From: Patescibacteria group bacterium
GTDB taxonomy: Bacteria > Patescibacteriota > Minisyncoccia > 2-02-FULL-40-12
Assembly (NCBI GenBank): GCA_038063995.1
Contig: JBBTUA010000006.1
Coordinates: 1 to 44,782 of the forward strand
Direction: 5' to 3'
Length of the DNA: 44,782 nt
The notes below the pieces were generated by a model, which saw only the letters and a list, made by a program, of their open reading frames with translations, was not told where the DNA came from and did not search any database. The translations under genes were made by a program, and so were the position numbers. Shown piece after piece: positions 28,393 through 36,063 of this stretch (the first letter of the stretch is position 1; the number at the start of each line of letters is the position of its first letter).

Positions 28393-29643
28393 TTAATATG
28401 TCTGCATATAATCGAAAGGATTTAAGCTTCCTTGCCAGTAGTTAAAATAGATTTGGCCTGTTTTCGGGCCGATAAAACTGAAAAACTCATAATATAAGCT
28501 TAAATGAAGATGAGAACCGGTGACAAAACCAGTGGCTCCTTCAAAGCCCAGAACAGTATTTTCATTGACTCTTTCCCCTGCTAAAACCAAAGCAGGCTCT
28601 TTCATATGTCCATAAACGCTGACCAAATCATTATCGTGCCTTATGGCAACCCAGTTTCCGGCAGCGTTATTAAAGCCTTTAGCCAAAACAGTTCCAGAGC
28701 CGATTGATCTTATTTCAGAGCCTAATCCTTCTTTTAAATCAATTCCATTATGCGGCGCTCCTCCATAGGCGCCTCTTTTTGCAAAGCTGGTATATCCGTA
28801 GCCTTGGGTAATTATATAATCATCCATCGGCATTTTAAAGAGTTTTGTTCCTTTCGGAGGAATTGCGGCGGCTTTGACCCGGACAATAAAAATTCCTTGC
28901 TTCCGCGCTTCGGCTTCAAACTCCTGCAATTCTTTATAGAATTCTGCCTTTTTTCTTTCGACTTCGTTTAAAAGCTCCTGGAATTTTTGTTCCTGGCCTT
29001 TTGTTTTAACAAGAAAATCGCTTTTAGTTACTTGAGTTCCTTCAAAAGCCTTCTTTTGGTTTCCCCTCTTTCTGTTAAGCAGCTCCAACTGGTTTTTCTT
29101 ATCTTCGGCTTCTTGTTTTTTGACTTCTAATTCATTTTTTAAGGCGATAAATTCAACTAAGCGGCTCGTTAGTTTATTTTGAATGAGGCTCATTCGGTCA
29201 ATGTGGTTTAGAAAATCAGAGATTTTGCTGTTAGCCAAAAGCACGGTTGCCAAATTGGTTCTTTCCATCTCGTTCAGCTCTCGTATTAGTTTTGAAATGC
29301 TTTCTTTGTTTTCTTTTACTTTTATCCCGGTTTTGTATATTTCACCGGTAAGATCCTTGATTTCCAGTTCGGCCAGATCAATTTTTCCGGTAGTAGCTAT
29401 TATATCTAACCTCAATTTGGCTATTCGATTTTCAAGAATAGATATTTCTCTTTTTAAAGTTTCACCTTCTTTATGTTTCTGTTTTATCTGATTTTGATAT
29501 CCGGCCGATTGCCTTTCGAGCTCCTGTATCTGATTTCTTAGTTCGAGAATTTTATCGGAGGTATTGGCCGCGGCATCGGGAAAAGTAAAGATTGAAAGAC
29601 AAAAAGCAAAAACAGCAGCTAAAAAATAAAGATATTTAAACAT
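28393..29643 (-). CDS. Coiled-coil M23 peptidase (murein hydrolase)
   Basis: Signal peptide, long coiled coil, HNGID, YGHM, TGSHLH. Confidence 0.9.
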   Translation of the reverse strand: MFKYLYFLAAVFAFCLSIFTFPDAAANTSDKILELRNQIQELERQSAGYQNQIKQKHKEGETLKREISILENRIAKLRLDIIATTGKIDLAELEIKDLTGEIYKTGIKVKENKESISKLIRELNEMERTNLATVLLANSKISDFLNHIDRMSLIQNKLTSRLVEFIALKNELEVKKQEAEDKKNQLELLNRKRGNQKKAFEGTQVTKSDFLVKTKGQEQKFQELLNEVERKKAEFYKELQEFEAEARKQGIFIVRVKAAAIPPKGTKLFKMPMDDYIITQGYGYTSFAKRGAYGGAPHNGIDLKEGLGSEIRSIGSGTVLAKGFNNAAGNWVAIRHDNDLVSVYGHMKEPALVLAGERVNENTVLGFEGATGFVTGSHLHLSLYYEFFSFIGPKTGQIYFNYWQGSLNPFDYMQTY

Positions 29644-31089
29644 TTAAATATTTAAATTTATTTTGTTAATAGCCTTATCCAGCCTTTTAATAACTTCTTC
29701 TTTTGATAAAACTTCTAAAATATCAACTGGATCAGGCGAGGTTTCGCGTCCAGTTAAGGCAACTCTTAAAGGCCAATAAACCGCTCCCCTATCTCCGGCA
29801 AATTCAGTCTTGGCAATCTCGTCTAATTTGATTTTGATATAATCTTTGTCGAAGATATTCCAATCAACCGGTTCAAGCGCTTCTTTTGTTAAATTTAAGG
29901 ACTTTTTAATTGCTTCGGCCGGCGTGTTTTTCCAGTTTAGCAACTCTCTTTTATACTCGGGTTCTTTGAAAAAATAATCAAAATCAGCCGCATCAGAGAG
30001 TTTTTCCATTCTCTCGGTCATCATATGCCTTATTTTTTCCAGATATTCGTCTTTGACTCCGTCTATTTCCAAATTATTTGTGATAAACGGCATAATTGTC
30101 GTTCTGAATTGTTCCGGCGTCAGCTGATGGATGTAATAAGCATTCATCCAATTGAGTTTCTTTATATCAAAAACTGCGGGCGACTTCTGGACATCTTTCA
30201 GATCAAACAAAGCCGATAGTTCTTCAATCGAGTAAATGTCTTCGGGCTTTTCACCTTTGATCTCGATTTTCCCCGGCCTCCAGCCCATGAGAGCCATAAA
30301 ATTGATCATTGCTTCAGGTATGTACCCTTGTTCTTTGTATTCTTTAACTGATTCTGCTCCGTGCCTTTTCGACAACTTAGTTCTGTCCGGTCCGAGAATT
30401 AAAGGCAAATGGGCATATTGAGGCTTTTCTATTTCCAAAGCTTCCTGAATCAAAATTTGTTTAGGGGTGTTAGAAATGTGATCTTCCCCCCTGATAATGT
30501 GAGAAATTTTTGTTTCATAATCGTCTATTACTACGGCGAAATTATAAAGAGGAGTCTCCAGATTTTTGGCTAAGCTCAAATCCCCTATCAGATTTTCTTT
30601 CCATTCGATTGTTCCCCGGATAAGGTCATTAAAATGGATTACCCGAGTAGCATTTTCATCAACCTTTAATCTTATAATTCCTTTTTGGTCAATTTGGGCA
30701 TTTTTATACTTATGTTCGCAAATATGCCTTGGTGCTTCGCGACGAGCCATCTGTTCTTCGCTTTCTTTTTTAAGTTCTTCAACCGTATGATAGCACCAGA
30801 ACGCTTTGCCTTCGTCTAATAACTTTTGGAGGTATTTTTTATACACGCCTATCCGTTCGCTTTGCTTGTAAAATTCATCCCAAATGATCTCTAACCAATT
30901 AAATGAATCTTTGATATCTTCTTCGAATTTGGGATCAGAGCGCTCCAGATCAGTATCCTCGATTCTTAAAATAAAAGTGCCTTTATTTTTTCGAGCGAAA
31001 AGCAAATTAAAAAGCGCCGTTCGAGCTAGACCAATATGAAGCGGCCCAGTGGGAGATGGCGCAATTCTGACTCGGATTTGATTAGACAT
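29644..31089 (-). CDS. gltX: Glutamyl-tRNA synthetase
   Basis: APSPTGPLHIG, LRIEDTD, RGEDHISNT, KLSKR. Confidence 0.97.
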   Translation of the reverse strand: MSNQIRVRIAPSPTGPLHIGLARTALFNLLFARKNKGTFILRIEDTDLERSDPKFEEDIKDSFNWLEIIWDEFYKQSERIGVYKKYLQKLLDEGKAFWCYHTVEELKKESEEQMARREAPRHICEHKYKNAQIDQKGIIRLKVDENATRVIHFNDLIRGTIEWKENLIGDLSLAKNLETPLYNFAVVIDDYETKISHIIRGEDHISNTPKQILIQEALEIEKPQYAHLPLILGPDRTKLSKRHGAESVKEYKEQGYIPEAMINFMALMGWRPGKIEIKGEKPEDIYSIEELSALFDLKDVQKSPAVFDIKKLNWMNAYYIHQLTPEQFRTTIMPFITNNLEIDGVKDEYLEKIRHMMTERMEKLSDAADFDYFFKEPEYKRELLNWKNTPAEAIKKSLNLTKEALEPVDWNIFDKDYIKIKLDEIAKTEFAGDRGAVYWPLRVALTGRETSPDPVDILEVLSKEEVIKRLDKAINKINLNI

Positions 31090-31134
31090 ATATTGTATTC
31101 TAACCTATATTTAACATCGATTCCAACGACGAGT

Positions 31135-31863
31135 ATGAGAATTTCCAGCGGATTTACTAAAATCGGCAAAGAGATCGGCAGGTTCAAAGAAAAGAAGCCT
31201 GATAGCGGCATTCATGGACCGGTGCATGCCTTGGCTAAAGAGATTTCTGAAACATTCGGGGAGCCTAAAAAATTCCCTATGTATCTGGGGATAATAAAAA
31301 ATATCGGGCTTAAAAGGGCTTATGAAATATTCTCAAAAATCAGGCAGTCGAAAAGCATAAAAGATCCGGGAAAATTATTTGTCTATGAATCGCGCTACAA
31401 AATGGAAATCGTAAAAAAACCGGCAGAAATTTTAACCAAAAAATTGGCTGATGTTGACTTGATAACGGCTCAATTGAAAAAGGTTATTTTAAAAATGAAA
31501 AAGATAATGAGAGAAAATAAGGGAATCGGTCTGGCGGCCAACCAAATCGGTTTGAATATGAAGCTTTTTGTTATAGATGAGGAATTGGCCAAAGAATACA
31601 ATGCGCCGGATGTTTATATAAATCCGGAGATTAAGCCTTACCCGCCTGCTGGACGGGCAGGTTCAAAAGACACTGAAGAAATGGAAGAAGGATGTTTAAG
31701 CATTCCGGAAACTTGGCTGAAAATTAAAAGGTCGAAAAAAGTTAAAGTTAAAACCGTAGATGAAGAAGGAAAAAAGCATAAATTCATCGCCAAAGGAATG
31801 CTTGCCCGAGTTCTGCAACACGAATATGACCATCTGCAGGGGGTTTTGATAACGGATAAATAA
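31135..31863 (+). CDS. def: Peptide deformylase with a fused ~89-aa N-terminal domain (deformylase part from ATG 31402)
   Basis: GIGLAANQIG, EGCLS, QHEYDHLQG; no stop between 31135 and 31402. Confidence 0.85.
   Translation: MRISSGFTKIGKEIGRFKEKKPDSGIHGPVHALAKEISETFGEPKKFPMYLGIIKNIGLKRAYEIFSKIRQSKSIKDPGKLFVYESRYKMEIVKKPAEILTKKLADVDLITAQLKKVILKMKKIMRENKGIGLAANQIGLNMKLFVIDEELAKEYNAPDVYINPEIKPYPPAGRAGSKDTEEMEEGCLSIPETWLKIKRSKKVKVKTVDEEGKKHKFIAKGMLARVLQHEYDHLQGVLITDK
31641..31661. mobile_element. 21-bp in-frame palindromic insertion in def (PPAGRAG)
   Basis: CCCGCCTGCTGGACGGGCAGG imperfect hairpin; removal gives INPEIKPYSKDTEEMEEGC. Confidence 0.65.
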
Positions 31864-31866
31864 TAG

Positions 31867-32173
31867 CTCGGACACACCCAATTTCTAAATAATAAAGCCT
31901 CTCGGGTATAGTTGTTTCAGAAACGTTCGGTCTCATACATCTTATATTATAATTATCTTATCTCCTGTTTATCAGAATATGAATAAGAATTCATATAATA
32001 ACTGCGTTCGGTTGAAATGAGTAAATTTATTTACTCATTTCTCCCTCACTTGTTATTATAAACCCTCACTCCTCGTTCGCCTCGCTACATATCTTATTCT
32101 TCTCTTAACGGCTCGGCTCACGAGGTTCTTCAACAACCATACCCTGCGGCTTTATTAGAAATTGGCTATATCC
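31867..32173 (-). repeat. Large structured intergenic element, type B copy 2, with an ~81-bp nested hairpin insert
   Basis: IR CCAATTTCTAA/TTAGAAATTGG; shared core at 32060-32128; extra sequence at 31979-32059 relative to the other copies. Confidence 0.85.
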
Positions 32174-32239
32174 TCCATCAGTCATCTTTCAGATTCCGTC
32201 TTGTCAGAATTTCGCCGGCGAAGCCCGGAGAATATTTAC

Positions 32240-32276
32240 AAAAACGATGAAGCCCGCGAGAAGCGTGGCTTCATCG
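32240..32276 (-). terminator. Intrinsic terminator of the small minus-strand ORF
   Basis: CGATGAAGCC...GGCTTCATCG with an A-run on the left (U-tail on the minus strand). Confidence 0.7.
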
Positions 32277-32289
32277 CGGGCGTTGGTTT

Positions 32290-32505
32290 TTAGCGAAGCA
32301 GCATTGCTCCTGCTAGAGCTAATACGGCGCCGCCAACACGAAAGTTCCAACGAGCAAAGCTTGCACGAGGATGATGAATAGATTCATGCAAGCTTTGCGA
32401 GGTTATGATAAACCCAGCAAGAATTACTGCTAACTCCCACCTTCCGGCAACGACCGGTAAGAGCACGAACAGAGGGAAAATCCATCGGTTGAATATGTGG
32501 TTCAT
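32290..32505 (-). CDS. Small orphan membrane protein
   Basis: 71 aa, hydrophobic segments, AAGGAGGT SD, own terminator. Confidence 0.65.
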   Translation of the reverse strand: MNHIFNRWIFPLFVLLPVVAGRWELAVILAGFIITSQSLHESIHHPRASFARWNFRVGGAVLALAGAMLLR

Positions 32506-32586
32506 TTATGCACCTCCTTTTTCTAATCTATAGTTTATTTTTACTTTTGTCAACGGCGGATTTTGGAGCGAAGTTTTAATATAGTA

Positions 32587-32789
32587 AGCGAAAAGCGGCG
32601 AGCAATATCAATTTTTGAATTGGGAAGTATCTTGCAAATTGCCGGAATCTTTATGAAAATTTGCCGATGACAAATCTACGGGGGAGGTATCCTGATTTGT
32701 CGGCAAATTGAATAAAGTAACGGAGATTCAATTTACAAGAAGGGCTACCCTTATGAAGGAATTGATATTGCTCGCGCAAGGTTTTCGCT
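32587..32789 (+). repeat. Large structured intergenic element, type A copy 1
   Basis: Nested IRs AGCGAAAA/TTTTCGCT, GCGAGCAATATCAATT/AATTGATATTGCTCGC, AATTTGCCGA/TCGGCAAATT, GACAAATC/GATTTGTC. Confidence 0.88.
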
Positions 32790-32797
32790 ACATATAA

Positions 32798-33673
32798 ATG
32801 AAACTTTTATTTTTCGGCACATCAGACTTCTCAAAGCCGGTTTTTGAGGTCTTAAAAAAATGTGATTATTCCCCTATTTTGTGGAATCAGCAGGGTTCTT
32901 TTGACGACTTTAAAAAAATAAATCCCGATATCTGCATTGTCGCCGCTTACGGAAAAATAATTCCGAAAGATTGGCTTGAAATTCCTAGATATGGATTTTT
33001 GAATATCCATCCCTCGCTTCTGCCAAAATACCGCGGGGCCTCCCCTATCCAAACCGCAATTTTAAACGGCGATAAAGAATCCGGTATTACTATAATTTTG
33101 ATGGATGAAAAAATAGACCATGGGCCGATACTCGCTTCGCGAAAATTTTCAATTTTCAACAGCAATTCCGCAACGAGCCGCAAGCGGCTCGGCGGAACCT
33201 TCGACGAGCATTTTAAATTTTCAAAATATAAAGAATTGGAAAAAGAATTGGCAGAACTGGGAGCACAGCTTCTTATTGAAACCTTGCCAAAGTGGATTGC
33301 CGGCGGGATAAAATCAAAAGAGCAAAATCATAATCAGGGAACTTATACTAAAAAATTATCGTGGGAAGATGGTAAAATTGACTGGTCAAAAACTGCGGTA
33401 GAAGTTGAGCGGCAAATCAGAGCTTTGAATCCGGAGCCGGGTACTTGGACCACATGGAACAACAAAGTTTTAAAAATTATTGAGGCCGAATCAATAGAAT
33501 CAAAATTGGCCGGTGAACCTGGCTTGGTGATTAAGGTTGAAAGTGAGGTTTTGGTGAAATGCGGGGTTAATGCCTTGATTCTTAAAAAAGTCCAGCTTGA
33601 AGGCGGGAAACCGCTTTCAATCAAAGATTTCCTAAACGGCCATAGAAATTTCGTCGGTTCCAAATTGACTTAG
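32798..33673 (+). CDS. fmt: Methionyl-tRNA formyltransferase with an in-frame insert
   Basis: FFGTSDF, VAAYG, NIHPSLLPKYRGASPI, DHGPIL, IRALNPEPG. Confidence 0.95.
   Translation: MKLLFFGTSDFSKPVFEVLKKCDYSPILWNQQGSFDDFKKINPDICIVAAYGKIIPKDWLEIPRYGFLNIHPSLLPKYRGASPIQTAILNGDKESGITIILMDEKIDHGPILASRKFSIFNSNSATSRKRLGGTFDEHFKFSKYKELEKELAELGAQLLIETLPKWIAGGIKSKEQNHNQGTYTKKLSWEDGKIDWSKTAVEVERQIRALNPEPGTWTTWNNKVLKIIEAESIESKLAGEPGLVIKVESEVLVKCGVNALILKKVQLEGGKPLSIKDFLNGHRNFVGSKLT
33159..33209 (+). mobile_element. 51-bp in-frame hairpin insertion in fmt, inside an AATTTTC heptamer array
   Basis: ACAGCAATTCCGCAAC-GAGCCGCAAGCGGCTC-GGCGGAACCTTCGACGAGC; arms near-identical to 36622-36669. Confidence 0.88.
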
Positions 33674-33882
33674 CGAAAAGCTTTCCTCGGCATATGTTTT
33701 CGAAAACCGCTCACAAAACCCAGCGAGTTTTGCTCGCTGTACTTGCGACCTCCTAAAGTCAAGACTAGCCCTCGCTCCACCCAGCTAAGCTGGGCTTCGC
33801 TCGGTCTTCATACAATCTTGACTTACCCTGCTAGTCGGTCTCCAGAACTTTTCGAGAAACATATGCCTCGCGCTTTTCGCTA
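33671..33882 (-). repeat. Large structured intergenic element (type C, with A-like ends and B-like modules)
   Basis: IRs TAGCGAAAAGC/GCTTTTCGCTA, GGCATATGTTT/AAACATATGCC, AAGTCAAGA/TCTTGACTT; modules CCCTCGCTCC and GCTCGGTCTTCATACA. First TAG is the fmt stop. Confidence 0.85.
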
Positions 33883-33980
33883 GATTAAGAATCAAAACTC
33901 GGCTGTACCCTTGAGCTCTGATTATTTTGAAACTATACGTGTTTTATATGCCTTTACTTTTCGGTCAAAAAGTATAAAAT

Positions 33981-34178
33981 TAGAAAGCGGCTCGGCATCT
34001 AAATTTCTGAGTCTGGGGAGTCGTCTTAGAAAATAGCCGCTATCTTTATGAAAATTTGCCGAATGATAAATCTATGGCGGAGGTACCCTAATTTATCGGC
34101 AAATTGAATAAAGTGGCGCGCTATTTTCAAGAAGGGGCACCAAAGGAAGAAATTTTGATGCCGAGCGCAAGCTTTCTA
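33981..34178 (+). repeat. Large structured intergenic element, type A copy 2
   Basis: IRs TAGAAAGC/GCTTTCTA and GCTCGGCATC/GATGCCGAGC; ATCTTTATGAAAATTTGCCGA and TCGGCAAATTGAATAAAGT identical to copy 1. Confidence 0.88.
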
Positions 34179-34185
34179 CTTATTC

Positions 34186-34755
34186 ATGTTAGGAATGAAC
34201 GATCTAAAAATCGGGACTTTTTTTATAATAGAGGGACAGCCTTACGAAGTTTTGTATTCCCAGCATCTTAAAATGCAGCAGCGCCGGCCGGTAATGCAGA
34301 CTAAAATAAAAAACCTTTTGACCGGAAAGGTAATTGAGAAGAATTTTCAGCAGTCCGACTACTTCGAAGAAGCCGACATTCAGAAAAAAGAAGTTAAGTT
34401 TTTATACTTTCACAGGAACGAATTCTGGTTTTCAGAACCAAATGATCCATCCAAAAGATTTAAATTGGGTGAAGATATTATTGGCGAATCAGCTAAATTT
34501 TTAAAATCCAATACATCCATAATCTCGCTTCTTTTCAATGGCCAAATCATAAATATCGAGCTTCCGGTTAAAATTGATTTTAGAGTTATAGAGGCTCCGC
34601 CATCAAGCCGCGGCAATACCGCCCAAGGAGGGACAAAGCAGGTTAAAATCGAAACTGGCGCAATGATTAATGCACCTCTTTTTATTGAAGAAGGAGACAT
34701 TATCAAAATAAATACCCAAACCGGCGAATACGCTGAAAGAGTTGAAAAGAAATAA
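34186..34755 (+). CDS. efp: Elongation factor P
   Basis: KIKNLLTG, IELP, GNTAQGGTK, ETGA, PLFIEEGD, GEYAER. Confidence 0.95.
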   Translation: MLGMNDLKIGTFFIIEGQPYEVLYSQHLKMQQRRPVMQTKIKNLLTGKVIEKNFQQSDYFEEADIQKKEVKFLYFHRNEFWFSEPNDPSKRFKLGEDIIGESAKFLKSNTSIISLLFNGQIINIELPVKIDFRVIEAPPSSRGNTAQGGTKQVKIETGAMINAPLFIEEGDIIKINTQTGEYAERVEKK

Positions 34756-34760
34756 TTTAT

Positions 34761-34789
34761 TTGACCTCTCTATAACAAAAAAATAGAAT
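34761..34789 (+). promoter_or_regulatory. Putative leaderless sigma70 promoter
   Basis: TTGACC-17-TAGAAT, ATG 7 nt downstream. Confidence 0.65.
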
Positions 34790-34796
34790 AAATCCA

Positions 34797-36056
34797 ATGC
34801 CCGTCACTCTGATTAAAAAGCTAAAAAGGATCTGGCGCTATCTTGGAGCAGGATTGATCACCGGAGCGGCTGATGACGATCCGGCCGGAGTTACTACTTA
34901 CGCAATTGCCGGCACCAGACTCGGTTTTTCGTCTTTATGGACGGCTTTTTTCACTTATCCTTTGATGACGGCAATTCAGGAAATGTCCGCCAGAATCGGC
35001 ATAATCACGAAGATGGGGTTAGCCGGAGTGTTAAAAAAGCATTATCCTTTTGTTCTTCTTATTTTTATCGCTCTTTTAATGGTTTCAAGCAATATTTTTA
35101 ATATCGGGGCTGATATTTCCGGTATGAGCGCGGCCACGAATCTTTTAATTCCTTTCATTTCGCCGAAAATTTTTGCTTTGCTCTATTCTGTTTTGATCAT
35201 TTATTTGATGATTGCTTGGGATTTTAAAAAAATGATCAAGTCCTTTAAATGGTTAAGCTTCACTCTTATCTTTTATGCGATTGCCGCTTTTTTCGTATCC
35301 CACGACTGGGGGCAAGTTTTCAGATTTATCATCACTCCGGAGCTTACTTTGAACAAAGAAACCATTTCGCTGATCATTGCCGTTTTCGGGACGACTCTTT
35401 CGCCGTATCTTTTTTTCTGGCAGACGACCGAAGAAGCGATTGAAGAAAAAAACCACCATCACGAGCATCACCATATCCACGATGAAAAGCTTAAAAAAGA
35501 AATAACTCATATGGAGAAGGATGTCGCTTTTGGAATGTTTTTTTCAAATTTAATTATGTTTTTCGTAATGATGCTGGCCGCCACTCTTTTTTATAATAAA
35601 ACCGTAACCATTGAAACGATAGACGAGTTGTCGCGGCTGCTTGAGCCTCTGCTTGGAAAATTGGGCCAGATAGTTTTTACCTTTGGAATTGTCGGAACGG
35701 GATTGATGGTGATTCCGATTTTGTCTCTTGGCTCGGCCTATATTTTGGCGGAAACTTTTGGCTGGAACGAGGGAATGGGCAAGTTTCACCGAGCCAAAGA
35801 GTTTTATTTGGTTATAATAGTTTCAACGGCTTTGGCCCTTTTAATGAATTACTTCGGCTTTAATCCCGTAAAGTTGTTGTTTTACACTGCTTTGTTTCAC
35901 GGCATCATATCCCCTCCTTTAATCTTGACTATTCTTTCAATTTCAAATAATAAAAAAATAATGGGAACTTATGTAAATTCAAGCATTATCAATATTTTGG
36001 GATTTGGAGCTTTTCTGATTATGACCGTGGCAGTGATAATGTTTTTCATTTTATGA
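34797..36056 (+). CDS. NRAMP-related divalent metal transporter
   Basis: GAADDDPAG, QEMSARIG, GTTLSPYLFFWQ, His-rich loop. Confidence 0.88.
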   Translation: MPVTLIKKLKRIWRYLGAGLITGAADDDPAGVTTYAIAGTRLGFSSLWTAFFTYPLMTAIQEMSARIGIITKMGLAGVLKKHYPFVLLIFIALLMVSSNIFNIGADISGMSAATNLLIPFISPKIFALLYSVLIIYLMIAWDFKKMIKSFKWLSFTLIFYAIAAFFVSHDWGQVFRFIITPELTLNKETISLIIAVFGTTLSPYLFFWQTTEEAIEEKNHHHEHHHIHDEKLKKEITHMEKDVAFGMFFSNLIMFFVMMLAATLFYNKTVTIETIDELSRLLEPLLGKLGQIVFTFGIVGTGLMVIPILSLGSAYILAETFGWNEGMGKFHRAKEFYLVIIVSTALALLMNYFGFNPVKLLFYTALFHGIISPPLILTILSISNNKKIMGTYVNSSIINILGFGAFLIMTVAVIMFFIL

Positions 36057-36063
36057 TTTTTTT

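Noticed and set aside
31036-31134. Longest-ORF start for def
   Set aside because: Overlaps the gltX start and promoter on the opposite strand; ATG 31135 or 31402 is more plausible.
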